Assembly (NCBI GenBank): GCA_964187785.1
Contig: OZ076409.1
Coordinates: forward strand, 12,092,001-12,156,000
DNA length: 64,000 nt
Direction of reading: 5' to 3'
From: Amphiscolops sp. MND2022
Taxonomy: Eukaryota
Shown: positions 36,693 through 49,474 of the stretch, piece by piece
How positions within the stretch are numbered: the first letter of the stretch is position 1
Layout of the letters: each line of letters opens with the position of its first letter
Translations under genes and position numbers: made by a program
The notes under the pieces: generated by a model
The model's input: only the letters and a program-made list of their open reading frames with translations
Databases searched by the model: none
What the model was told of the DNA's origin: nothing

Positions 36693-37245
36693 GTAGGTTC
36701 TTGATGATCAAAAATTGACGTTTATAAGGAAAAGTGGCTGTTCCAGACAGAATAATGAGTGAAACTTACTGTAGATCGGCAAGGGGTATACAGTGATCGA
36801 ATACGGATACTAATCGATGGAATTTCCATAGGAATTTTTTCTACTAATGCTGGAAGTTTTTTGTTGAAGAAAAAAGTTTTCCCCATTGAAAATTTTTAAG
36901 TTCTTTAATCGTTCAGCACAACAGAAAAGAACACCTCAGAAAAACAGTTTTTGATCTCTGAATGAATCATCAGGAATGAAAAATTGGGACCTTGTGTTTT
37001 ATAAGAATTGTGTTTCATGAGACATTGAATGAAAAAAATGTCCCCCTTTTCAAAATTTAATATTTGAATTGATTCCGTTGATGAGCGTTCAGATTCAATG
37101 AAAGAACTGACATACAGATGGAACAATAATGATTGAGAGAAGAGAAATCGGTCGAATGATGAAATTATTGCTCGTTTTGTTGCAGTACAAGTTTGTTTGT
37201 AAAAATAATTTTGTCTTCATGTTAGAAAACTTACATCATAAATGA

Positions 37246-37370
37246 AACAAGACGCCTGCTAAGCACCGGGATAATTTCCGCCTAGTCAAAAAAGTCAGGC
37301 GAAGGCAAGATTCGAACCCACTCTCTATTGCCTGATAGGCAGGTGCACTACCACCTGAGCCGCCGTAACT
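37246..37370 (-). mobile_element. tRNA-derived SINE copy
   Basis: Minus strand shows A-box-like CGGCTCAGGTGG and B-box GGTTCGAATC without a full cloverleaf or CCA. Similar heads occur at ~7840 (+) and ~54415-54485 (+). Confidence 0.55.
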
Positions 37371-37591
37371 AAAACAGCAATTAACTAACTGAAGTGCAGA
37401 TTGTGGAGATTTGGCAGAATTTCGAAAAAAAAAACGCAACATAGATGATGATTTTTCTCCCCCCATCCATACACAAATAAATTTGCGGGGGAAAAGAACT
37501 ACCAAAATCATCTTACGTCAAATTTTGAAATGATTCATGTTTATCTGGTAAAAAAAGGGGGGTTAATTCGAGATTTTTTATTGTACCAGCT

Positions 37592-37970
37592 ATGACGTCA
37601 ATCGTGGCGAGAAAGAACTCGGACGGGCCTAAATTCACAGACGTGTACGAGCTGTTTGAAAAGATCGGACAGGGTGCGTTCAGTAAAGTGCACAGGTGTA
37701 TCCACTTGAAGGAAAACAAAGAGTATGCTGCCAAAATAATCAGCACCGAAAAGCTGAATGTGAGACAAAAAGACAAGCTGGATCGAGAAGCCAGAATATG
37801 TCGCATGTTGAGTCATAAATCCATCGTCACCCTGCATTTCACCTCGAACGAAGACAAACGATACTACATGGTGTTTGATCTCATTCAAGGGGGGGAGTTG
37901 TTCGATGATATTGTGGCCAGAGAGAACTACTGTGAACAAGATGCCAGTCACTGCATACAACAAGTGTTAG
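37592..37970 (+). CDS. CaMKII: Calcium/calmodulin-dependent protein kinase II, first coding exon (kinase N-lobe, 126 aa)
   Basis: [76 protein letters not shown] matches CaMKII closely. Acceptor TTGTACCAG at 37589 and donor AG|GTGAGT at 37971; the rest of the ORF-track ORF to 38125 is intron read-through. Confidence 0.93.
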
Positions 37971-38681
37971 GTGAGTTTTTCAAATGCATGAAAGGTTCTA
38001 CACCAAATAATATTTTCTGCCAGAATCATGTACGATTATTTTTTCATGGTTATCTTGCAAGACTCTTGCATGATCTGTGTTTCTCAACCAGGGATCACCA
38101 ATTTCATTATATTTTTCCGAAGTGAAAATAAAATGGTTCATTAGCAGTTCCGTTTATACTTATTTCCCTATACTTTTTTGTCGGTACGCCATCAATGACG
38201 TTTTGAAAATGGCATACTCTCACTGTCTACAGCATTTTTCTATAAGCAAACTTTTTGTGACATTTTTGAGCAACCAACATGCTGTTTTCTCGATAAAAAT
38301 CGACGACAAATAGTAATTGTCTGACTATGAAAGTTGGTTTACAAACAACTTTCTATTTTTAACTCTCTTTAGAAGTGTCCTCTAAAGGTCAACGATGCAA
38401 CACACGGAGGTAGCTGAGGTAGCCGTTGGTATAACCTAACGAGCTTCAAGAAGTTCGGATATAAAACCTCAAATCTGATAGGACGACGAAATAAGCAAAC
38501 TACAACATTGACTTTCGCTATAGCCAGTTGTTGTTTCCATGCATGGTCCCGGAATTTTCCATGTTTTATAAAAAATTAGACTGCATGTTTCCATGCAGCA
38601 TGTAAAAAGTTCAAGCAATCTCGGCTAGGGTAACTTTGACCGGTTTCAAACTTACATAATAGTTTCATCATTCCAAGCTCA

Positions 38682-38810
38682 CCCTGGTTAAAAAAATGCA
38701 TATCTTGCAACAACTGGAGCAGACATTCTTGCCAGATCTTGCAAATCAATGCAATAACCAGGCAAGTTTCTTGCAAGATTCTTGCAAGATTTATGTCAAT
38801 TTGCAAAAGA
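38682..38810. repeat. MITE fragments with CCCTGG-type ends and TCTTGCAAGA palindromic motifs (also ~38000-38093, ~40870-41083)
   Basis: Repeated CTTGCAAGA motifs, with termini CCCTGGTTAAAAAAA / TTTCTCAACCAGGG. Confidence 0.5.
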
Positions 38811-41228
38811 CGTCTGAAGACCTCCTACTGAACTCGTATTGATAACCTTTGTATGTAAGGTAAACCTCGGAGTTTTTATCGGCGAAATCTCCACTACGCT
38901 ATATTGAGTTTTAGGAACCTGGAAAGAAAGCACAAAGATATCAAATTAACGATGTAAGAAAATTTAGCCAGAGGGTCGGAGAGAAACCCCAAGGGCGCAA
39001 CTCTTAGCAGAAACGTTTAAATTTGGTGAGTAAGTTTCGTTCTATAAGCGGGCAATTCTCTTCAAAAAGTCTCTCCGTGCTCAAGTTTTTCGGCTCAAGT
39101 CAATCGATCACGAAAAGAGATGTTCAATAATCCAATTAACTTTAATAGCGATAACCAAAACGTCTCTTCAATCGTTAGCAGATCAATATAATCTTGACTT
39201 TTTATCATACTGACATTTTCGTTACATACTGGGCGTCGGCGTCTTGAGTTAGCATGTATTTACCTTCATGTTTACTATTCGTTTCTTGGCAAGGCGAACG
39301 ACTTGGTTACTCTTCGGCCAAACATTCTTTGCCGTCAACGATAAATAATTCATCATCTTGATCGAAGAACACATTTCAATAATAATTCAAGTCACCTAAT
39401 CTATTTTTTTATATCGAGAAGATTGCTCAATGACCTTCAATTACATGATTTAAATGTCTTCTTTGCGGAAGGAGTACTTTTCCATCATTCTGAGAGCGGT
39501 TCATCGCGAATCGTTCCGCCAGACTGAATTGCATAAATTATCACGCAAACGGCGCTGATTTACATGTTTCTCGTGAGTTCTTTCATATGTTTCGGGGTTA
39601 CATCTAAAATGACCTTGAGGTCCATCGGTGACGTTGAAGTAATTTGTAGTCATCTAATGTCTCTATCTGCCAAGTTATATCATCCTAGCGTCAATGGTTT
39701 TCGAGTGACCTGATATGCGTATCATTTGTTTACTTAAGGCGGTTACCTCGGCATGGGTGAAACATACGGCTTCATTCAGTTTAACAATCGACTACATACT
39801 TTATTACGGTTCGTTTGAGGTATTACAGCCAAAGGCAATTGTCTTTTATCGGTCGGGCCCGCGCGTCCGGTCACGCGTGCCTTAAACGAACGTTACTCCG
39901 CGCGTGGTGGACCGATTAATGTATCTTTCATGTATATCACTCAGGGTTGCTAGCTGAACATCCTAGGCAAGTTTCATAATCTTCGGGTCGTCCGTTGGCT
40001 ATTTACATTTCATTCGGGTTTTTTTACATAGGGTCCGTGCTCCTCCTACACGCGTCATAGGGTTCGGAAAATATACGCAAACGGCTTAATATCATATGGG
40101 CTACCAATTCCATATGTTATATGAGTTATTCCTTGCCTGGCTGACGAATTCACTGGGGGTCGACCTAGGTCACTTTCGGTGTTAATAGCTCGGGACCGGG
40201 GGGAGGTACGAGGTCAGGTACTTCGAGTCGAAAGTTGAGTTAACACCTCTAGTTTATTAATGCCAAATTTCAGCTCGATTGGACTAGTCCATCTCAAAAA
40301 GGGGGTGGTGAGTTTTGGGGATGCCTCTCCTTTCCGCATAAAATAAAAACTTAGTAAAGTTCGCTCTCCAAGATGAATTCTGTCTTAGCGTGATTCGAAC
40401 AACAAGGTCGGTCTAAGTTCTATGCTTCGCGCATAAATGATAGGATTTTTCTAAAACGCCAAAAATTCAAAAGTTCCACAAACGGAAATAAATGGGATGA
40501 AACAAATCAATTTGTTTTGTGGCGAATGTTGGATGCAGATCGAACTCACGAAACGAAAAAACGTCTTCAAGTTTCAAGAATGTTTTTGGCGTTCACCAAC
40601 TCATTGAAGAAAAGTTTAGCACCAATAATGTTTTTGAAGGCTGATTATCTTCTTTAATCTCTCAGTTTTGGTTCCATGTAGCAAAAGGCGCTAGTTATAC
40701 TCAAAATCCGCCGATACCAAGCTGGCGAAAAATTTATTTGGTTTCTCGGTAGAAAGCAGGATACATTTGCCAAGCAAAATTTAAAGATCAAATCAAATAT
40801 TTGGAGTTCAACAGGTTACACATTTATGATTTTTGTTCTTTTTTATCATAGTCCAATATAGCCGTGCCCTAGTAACTTCGAAATTTTCAACAGAAATTTT
40901 GTCAGTATTTTGATATAAACCTTGCAAGATATTTCACTGGTGATGGAAGATTTTTGCAAGAAATAACTTTTTTGTCATATTCTTGCAAGACTTGCATTTT
41001 CTGCCAGATGCTCACAAGATTCTTTTTTTTTTCATGGCTATCTCGCAAGATTCTTACAATATCAGTTTTTTTTCTCAACAAGGTCACTGTCGAACGGAGC
41101 GACCGATAACAATGGAAAGTTCCGAATTTCCTATTGTTATTGGTCGCTTCGTTCGACAGTGACCTGGTTGAGAAAAAGGCTTGAGTCAATTCGTTTCTAA
41201 TATGTTTTTTGTGCACTGCATCCTGTTT

Positions 41229-41342
41229 GTTTTTCAGTTGAATGTGACAATCCGCTCAGCTACCTGCATATGGCATTATTGGCGTTCAGCTGTACAACCT
41301 ACCACACGTTGCTGAGCGAATTGTCACATTCAACCGAAAAAC
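41229..41342. repeat. Short foldback element with 32-bp inverted arms
   Basis: GTTTTTCAGTTGAATGTGACAATCCGCTCAGC ... GCTGAGCGAATTGTCACATTCAACCGAAAAAC, 2 mismatches, 50-bp spacer. Confidence 0.8.
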
Positions 41343-43585
41343 GACCAGGATCGATGCTTGGAACATTTGCATTCCGTGTATATCATATTTTTCGCGTCAT
41401 TGAAAAAGTATGCAGCAGCGGTATATCAAAACTTTTAATGTATGTACGTCAACCATTCTATGAATTTGCAAGTTTGGAAGGTAGCATTCTAGTCTTGATG
41501 AGAGGATTGTTTGGGCACGGGGTACTATCAAAACATCATTATTGAACGTTATTACCAAAATATTGCCATTGTACAATTTATACACGTCTGTTGAGTCTCA
41601 AAAATGTATTCGGATTTCATTGACCTCCCTGATTTGTTATTGTGATAGCACCACGAAAACTTTACAATTCCCAATACTTGCTCACTTTCAGTTTCGTTTA
41701 AAAACCGCGGTTAACCACCAAATTTTGCATAAGATTGGCAGAATTTTATATAGCTTCCTTGTTTTTACCCATACCAAAAATATTGGTTGTAGCTAAAGGC
41801 TCCTTCCTCGTTTTAGAGCCAATAGACACGCATGATTGGAGTTATACGAATATTTGCTTTTACTATTACGTAAACAGAACCCACATTATATGCTAGTATC
41901 CCCCTATATTCCCCCCATGTCCCCCCATAGCATGTAGAAGGAAAATAAATGCTTGTCGCCTTTTTGTCCAAATTCGCCATTCCTGTAGTCAACAATTATT
42001 TGAGTTACTTCCAAAGAATTCATCGATGAAAAACCGGCTCCGCAGGATGTGTTTGTCGAGTTATATCGAGAACTGTTTTCAAAAAACGAACAGGAAAAAA
42101 GGTTCCATAATGCTATAACAAGTACCAAAAAAAAACAAAAATTTCCAGTATTTTATTATTCTTATACAAGTTTTGAAAAATTTCTGATTGTTCTCGTTGA
42201 ATGATTATCTGTATTATCCAACAACAAAACAAATAATTCTTAAGCAAAATTTACCACAGAAAAAACTTGATATAGAAATGATTTTTATCGTACATCCAGG
42301 GTTAAATTGGTTTTTAAAAGGGATTTTTCTAAAAAAGATTCACAACATCCCAGAATGTCTGAAATATCCAATGAAGGGACTCTTTCTTTGGTCTCAAAAA
42401 TGCATTTTCCGAAGTGAAAACATCAAAAAGGTGAGGGGACCTTTTGATGAGATCAAAAAATTGGTCAAAAGAAGTCACACAAAGCCGAAAAACCTACTGG
42501 GCAAACCTTCGGTCTCGTGGCGTTCTGTAATTAGGTAAATAAGTGGATTAATCAAAGATGGATTCTTTGGCCCTTCGGATGCTGTCTAGATTTTAGGCTA
42601 AAAGTCTCTTAAAAATCGAATCAATCAGATCGAGTGTGTGTTCAAGAGAAAAAGAACTAAAGACTCGAATAGCCGGGAATGTTTTCCAAGACAAAAAGGA
42701 CTAAAAGGAATTCACAAAAGAAATATGGCGCCACCTTGGAAACAGAGTTTTTTCACTTCTTTTACGTGGCCTGCCCATTGCAACAATATGGTGTTAGGAC
42801 ATTTCATTCTATGCAATTTCAACCGTTGTCATTCCAATCGCTCACAATTTCAACTTTTTGCATTTTCGACCATCCACAATGTCGACTTCAACTACTTTTG
42901 GCCGACGGGTCATGATTAGTTATATTGTTACTTTAGGGGGGTTTCATTTTCATACATTCCCAAAATTTAGGCAGTTTTTCTCGTTTCTCGAGGATATGCT
43001 TTTTTTCTCCGGTTCATATAAAGCGTTTTCTCCTGGAAAGGTTAATTACTTTTCTACGCACAAGTTTTTTTTTCATGCAATTTTTTTGAGGTGTTCTGTC
43101 TAGGGAAAACCGTTTTTCGTGTCCTATTGTTTTTGAGCTTAAAGGGTCACACCCTTGGGTAAATTCGGCGCTGTACGACTTTTGTTGAACATTTTGCTCT
43201 CAGAAATAGCACATAATTGGGTTTCCGTAATATTTTCAGTTAAGGAATACTTTCTTTACATGCTGAAATGTCTCCCTTCGGAAATGTTCTAATGCAATAG
43301 TGTACAAAAATTCCGCGATTTCATTGAGCCTCTTGTTTGGCTCTTAGTGTCGAGGATGTTGTTATCGATTGCGTAGTAACAGAACCGGTTGTGATTGAGA
43401 ACAGTACGCATATCCTCAATTTTCATTGATCTCGTCCTTCGTCGAACCATTTCCATTCGCATCCGCAACTCGGCGAAAACTAAATACCTTAGTCTGTGTG
43501 CGTTTGGACCAAGAAAGCCAATTCGATTTATATGCGGTATATACCAAATAAATTCATCTTTGTATCAAAATGCCGCTAAGATTAC

Positions 43586-43776
43586 TGTTGTATCTCAAAA
43601 ATAAGTATGAAAAGAATGTAATGCTGAAGCTTCTATTCTGTATCAATGTATAAAGGTTAAGTGAATAGGTCAGCATATGTATGTTGGATGGTAGTACTAT
43701 TGACTGGTACTAAATTGTCAGTACTACTATTTTTAGCACGTATGTAAATAAGTATATAATATGACGTCATGTCACA
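43586..43776 (-). repeat. 3' LTR of element B
   Basis: Direct repeat of 49284-49474, adjacent to the PPT and TSD. Confidence 0.97.
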
Positions 43777-44058
43777 TTCCCCCTTCGTTCGGGATGTAAG
43801 TGTACATGCAGTGTAACTATAAATAAATATAACAAAAATGAACTCAAAAGTAAACTCAAATTTCAAACGCTAAATATAGCACCGAATGGTCAAAATGTTT
43901 GTTTCTATTTTAGGTACGGTTTCCACCGTACAATCCTCTTCTTCTTCTTTTGCCGGTTTTCTTCTTTTTTGTGATTTTACTCCTTCCGGTCGTTGTTTCT
44001 TGCTTCTTTTACTGGCTGTCGTTTGCGTTCCATTTGTTAACGGTGTTACCTGTAATAG

Positions 44059-47000
44059 TCAGAATGTGATTGGATTGCCATATCTATTTATTGGATTAGT
44101 GAATCTTAGTCTAGTTGACTTTCGTACTTTTTGTTCGTTTTGGTTTTCATTTGATTCTATGTTTTCGGATTTTATTGAATCGGTATTATCGTTTTGGTCT
44201 ACCACTGTGATTACGTTCGGATCGCCTTCTGTTGTTGGTCTTGCCTTAATTGTTGTTCCAGGTGTTGGTGTGTTCTTTCTGTCTCTGATTAACTTCTTTC
44301 GTCCTCTGCCGTCCACTGGACTGATATTTGTGTTTTCTCAGTCTAGTTCTGGAGTCATTGGGGTCAGTGCGTTGTTTAACCCTTTTTCTTCCAGCACCGT
44401 TTAATCCAGCTGCATCTTTCTGAGTGTTCCGCTGTATTGATGTTTTCCTCCTGTTGTTCGATCGTTGTGAACCTTCCATCTTTTCCCCTCGGGTTTTCTC
44501 CTCGTCGGGATAGGGGATTCTGAAATATTTGGTTTAATGGTTTGCTTGCTCTTTTTCTATGTACTATTTTGTTCGTGTCCGTTATTATGGTATGTTTTGT
44601 TCCGGCAACGGCCATTTGTGGTTTGTTTTCGTACATACTTTCAAATTTGTCTCTATTTTGTTTTCTTCCGAGAAAAAGGTAAGGGAATTTGTTACTCACG
44701 TCTTCCTTTAGTTTTCTCGGGGTTTTCATTACCAGTTGATCGTATGTTCCATTTCGGTTGGTAAATGAATACACTTGCAGCGTCTCTGGTCTTGCTGAAA
44801 CATTGTATTGTTTATTAGGTGACACATTCAAGTAATTATGAATTTCCGTTCGTGGCTTTCTACCGTAGTGGCGTTCGAATGATGTTTCTTTTATGCTTGA
44901 ATGGACCGTCATTCTCATTACATTTAATGAACGGCTTAATGCCTCGTTTATTACGTACCCTTCTTCGAGATTTGTTCGTAAGTACTTTTTCAGTGTTTTG
45001 ATTCCTCTTTCTACCAAACCGTATGGATATACGGTGTTCCGTAAATTAATTTTATGTTTAGTGATTTACAAAAATCTCTAAATTCCTTTCCGGTGAAGGC
45101 CGTGTTTTTATCTGTTCTTTTGGTTTGTGGTAAACCATTTAGTGTTATGTATTGTTCCAAAAAGTTTTTTGCTGTCTTTCCGGTTGGTGCTTCACAAATA
45201 CATGCCGCCGGCCTTCTGCTATACCGGTATATTGAGAGCAGTATGTAAAATCTCCGGTGTTCAAATCTTATTGGTCCAATGAAATTCAATTGGATTTCTT
45301 GGTTGGTTTTTTCCGCCAGTGGTAAGTAATTAATTTCGGACATTGGTAATTGTGGTTTAATGTTCTTACCTGCCATTTTACACGGGATGCACTCCTCGCA
45401 TTTTTGCTGTATGTCCCGTACCAGTCGTGGCCACCAAAACGGTTTAGCTGCCGCTGTGATTTTATATATGGCCGCGTGTCCTTTGAGTAGTAACATTATA
45501 ATGGTTGTCCTGAGTGATTTTGGAATGATAATTCGATCGTCGTAAAATACCACACCGAATCTCGTTGATAGTTGTCTTTGGTAGGCTTTGTATTCTTCTG
45601 GGATTTCTTCTAATGTTCTTCGTTCGAGACATACTAATGTTTTCAGTAGTTTCTCGTCATCGGTTGTTTCTTTGGCGATTGTTCTCAGGTCGGTTGCGAA
45701 TTTCTGCTCCGCTTGTCTGATTGTTTCTTCTAAATCCCATTTGTTTTCTTCTTGTATGTGACTGGCTTGTCCCATTTGAATGTATCGGACATCGGTTGCT
45801 CCGATGTATTTTTTGAACTTTATTGCGGGAACGCCCAGCGATTTTATTGAACTTGTTGATTCTGTTTCTACTTCTGGCGAATCTTCTTGTTCTTGTGTTT
45901 TACTGCTTGTTCCTAGATGTTTTTCCCGTTTTTGTGGCAGGTTTGGGGTTTTTTCAAAAACCCGGTACAGCTCATTTCTTCGTTCGGTTTCTTCTTCTGT
46001 TTCGCCATCTTGTTCTTCCATGCTGTCCCAGAGCATTCTGTTTCTTCGTTGGTTCAGAGTCATTTCTATCCGTTTTATTTCTGCTCTGTGGTGTCTTGGC
46101 GGGTTATATTTTTTCCAAACTCTGTTTGATGTTCTGTATTCTCAAGGTTTGACTAGTTCTTTCCAGCGTTTCGTCAAATTTAATGTTTCTTCTGAATGGT
46201 CTTCTTTTTCGATTTGTTCGATTCGTCGGATGTCCGTTGTTATTTCTTGAACGGTTTGAATCGTATTGAGTTTATATGTATCGACTGTATTTGAATGTGG
46301 TAGCGATGAACTGCGTTTGTTTGCTTTGTTCCTTTTTGGCTTCGGTTGGTTTGGTCTGCTTCGCTCTGATTGGTTGATGGTTTGTTCACGCTGTTCGCTT
46401 TGGTCCGTTCGCGCTTCTAATTTCTTTTGACTGGCGACGCTGCCATAATTGTTGATGAACTCAAGTAAAGGCATTATGCAATTAATTACATACTCTTCGT
46501 CATAGTTTTCGATCAGTTCTGGTTTTGAAATTGGATTTCTGCTCAGATAATCGGTTAGTGCTAAGTGTTTTCTGGCGATATGTTTGATGTTTATATCGAA
46601 ATGAGCCAAGCCGTCTAACCATCTTGTTAGTCTTGCACTATTTGTTTTGTTCGTTCAATTTCTTTTAATTAATGGTTTCAACGCTTGGTGGTCTGTTAGT
46701 AGTTCTATTGGCTTTCCGTATTTGTATAGTCGAAAGTGTTCCAATCCCCACACTACTGCCAGTAGTTCTAATTCATTTATCGCATATTTCTTTTCTGTGT
46801 CCGATAAATATCTGCTTGCGAACCCGACTGGTTTTAGAGTTCCATCTTTCTGTTTTTGCCATAACGTTGCCCCCAGTACTTTTGTACTGGCATCTGTGGT
46901 GATTATATTTTCGTTTTGTGCTTTATATTGTGCAAGGCATGGTATTTTGGTTATACCTTCTTTTAATTCGTTGAATGCCTTTGTGTGTTCATCTGTCCAA

Positions 47001-49267
47001 ATCCATTCGTTTTGTTTTTTCAATAATTTTCTCAGTACATCTGTGTTTGCTGACAGGTTTTCGATGTACTTCGATAAGTATTGTATTGCTCCCAGAATTG
47101 ATTTTAATTCTTTTTCGTTTTTTGGTATGTTGATTTTTGTAATGGCTTCTAGTTTATCTTGTAGTCGTCGTATTCCTTGTTGGTCAATTTTATGTCCGAC
47201 CAATTCGATTTCTTTTCTGAAGAATTCGAATTTTTTTGGGTTTAGTCAATAGCCGGCTTGTTCCAATCTCTTCATTGTCTCCCGAACTCCTGTTTCGTGT
47301 TCGTCAATGCTTCCTTTGGTGACTATAATGATATCGTCTAACCATGCCGGGTGTTTGTGTTCAAGTGTCGTGTCTATCCGTTCTTGAAAAATTGTTGATA
47401 TATCGGCCAATCCGAAGAATCCTTTCAAGAAACGGGAGTATCCAGTAAAGTCCCCTCCTGTTACGGTGAATATACAAAGGTTTTTTGTATTTTCGTCGAG
47501 TTTAATCTGACCATACGCGTAATCGAAAACTAATTTTGTTGCCAAAATCTCGCCTTCTTTTCCTTCGGCTATCTTTCTTGATATCCGTGAAATTAGCTCT
47601 TCCATATTTGGCATCTTAGTTTTTCTTTTTTCTGGAGTCGAGAGCAATTTTTATTGATTTGATTTTTCTCATTGTAATCACTGCGGGGCTCACAAAACAA
47701 TCCTCGGTGATTTCCGTTGCTCTTTCTAAGTATCCGTGTTTGATAAGTCGCTTTAGTTCTAGTGCCACTTGGTCTTGTAGGTGTATTGGGATAGGTCTTC
47801 CTTTTTGTTTTAATATTTGTGCCCTTTCTTTTAATTGTACTTTGACTGAGAGATTTTTTATCTCCTTGTTGTTGTAGAATAAATCATTGAAGTCGTTCTG
47901 GAGTTTTATTATTTTCTTGTCCATGTTGTCTAGTTTTATAGTGTGGATTTGGATTGCTTTGTTATTTGAACTCAGGCTGATTTTTAACCGTTGCATCCAG
48001 TCCAGTCCCATCAATGGTGATGTTTTTGCTTTTGTGATCAGTAGTGGTAATTCAATTGTCTCTTTGTTTGTTTTCACCAGTGCGTTGGTTTGTCCAGTAA
48101 ATTCAATCCTTTGATTGTTTACATCTTTGTAAGTGGTCTTGAGTGGTTTAATTGTAGTTATGTCGTTGAATAGACACTCCGCAATAAGTGTTACTGGTGA
48201 GCCGCTGTCTATGATGAATTTTTTTGGTACGTTGTTGACCAATAGTGTTGCGTTGTAGAAATCTTTCTTCTGTTCTTTATCGTTTATACTTTGGATTCTA
48301 TTGTAATCCCAAGTGTCTTCTTCTGCTGATGAAGGTGTTTTTTCGATGTAATGAACTCTTTTCGTGGATCTGCACATTTTTTCATAGTGTCCTCTTCTTT
48401 TACAATTTCTGCATTCTGCCATTTTCGCCGGGCATATGTGTTGTCTTGTCCAGTTTGGTGCGCCACATTGTCCGCATCGGGTATCTCTTTGTTTATATTT
48501 TTGATTTTCCGGTCGTCTTTTCGATTTATCTTGATCGGTTTTATCTGTCCACTTTCTTTTGTATGGCCGTTCCTGCACATGTTTAATCTCCTTTCCGTCG
48601 TTTGAATTGTTCGATTCGTTCAATCGGTCGTACATGTGCTCATGTATTAATGCTGTTATGGTTTCTATAGTCATGTCACTCTTTCGAATTTTCTTCTTTA
48701 TTTCGTAGTCACCAGTTGACCGTCCGATTACAGAGAGAAATTTTGAGGCTATTAGTTCGGCTGGTGTCTCGAACTCGCAATTCTTTTCTACTTGTAATAT
48801 TCTGGTCCACACATCTTCTGCTGTTTCATGTTTTTCTCTAGTTATCCCAAAGAAATCTGCTCTTCTGTGAAATTTGTTTCGTTACGGTATGAAGTGTAAC
48901 CGGAACAGTGAATACAGTTGGTTAATGTCCATTTTATTTGGATCATTATCTCTAACGGTTCTTGTCATTTCCGTTATCGCTGACTCGCCCAGTGCCCATA
49001 TAAATAAATCTTTGATCCGGTGTTCCAGATCGTCTCTGTAGTTCGGCAATATTTCACGATCTGTTGTCATTTCGTTGAGGTCGATGTTTTGGGTCATCTT
49101 TATGTACTGGGTAAATCTTCTTCACCATAATTTTGCCTCTTGTATTCCCCGTTTCTCGAACGTTGGTAACGTAATTTTCTGATCAGTTTTTCTGTTTTTG
49201 CATTTGCTCTTTCGGGGATTTCCCCACTTGATGAGCTTGTGCTTTCTGATGATTTTTGACTCTCCAT
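44059..49267 (-). pseudogene. gag-pol polyprotein of element B, disrupted
   Basis: ATG at 49267. The ORF 47616..48812 carries gag knuckles (CGQCG..HICPAK..CRNCKRRGHYEKMC), protease IIDSGS and the RT start in one frame. RT WLDD at 47333-47344; RNase H TDAST/ELELL/TDHQAL; integrase WWP..CIPC, RTD, VERG. Several stops and frameshifts. Confidence 0.95.
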
Positions 49268-49283
49268 CTTGTTTACTGTGCCA

Positions 49284-49474
49284 TGTTGTATCTCACAAAT
49301 AAGTATGAAAAGAATGTAATGCTGAAGCTTCTATTCTGTATCAATGTATAAAGGTTAAGTGAATAGGTCAGCATATGTATGTTGGATGGTAGTACTATTG
49401 ACTGGTACTAAATTGTCAGTACTACTATTTTTAGCACGTATGTAAACAAGCACATAATATGACGTCATGTCACA
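49284..49474 (-). repeat. 5' LTR of element B
   Basis: Adjacent to the PBS and TSD ATTAC; matches the 3' LTR. Confidence 0.97.

Larger units (their letters stand above)
43586..49474 (-). mobile_element. Full-length defective Ty3/Gypsy (Mag-like) LTR retrotransposon, element B (relative of element A)
   Basis: 191-bp LTRs at 49284-49474 (5') and 43586-43776 (3') with 4 differences. TSD ATTAC at 43581-43585 and 49475-49479. PBS TGGCACAGT (49275-49283, minus) and PPT AAGGGGGAA (43777-43785, minus). Confidence 0.97.

Noticed and set aside
37971..38125. C-terminal 51 aa of the 177-aa ORF-track CaMKII ORF
   Set aside because: Similarity to CaMKII stops at a consensus GTGAGT donor; the remainder is intron containing MITE sequence.
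41244..41260. lac-operator-like TGAGCGGAT (minus strand) suggesting vector contamination
   Set aside because: Only a 9-nt match within a foldback element, with no other vector sequence.
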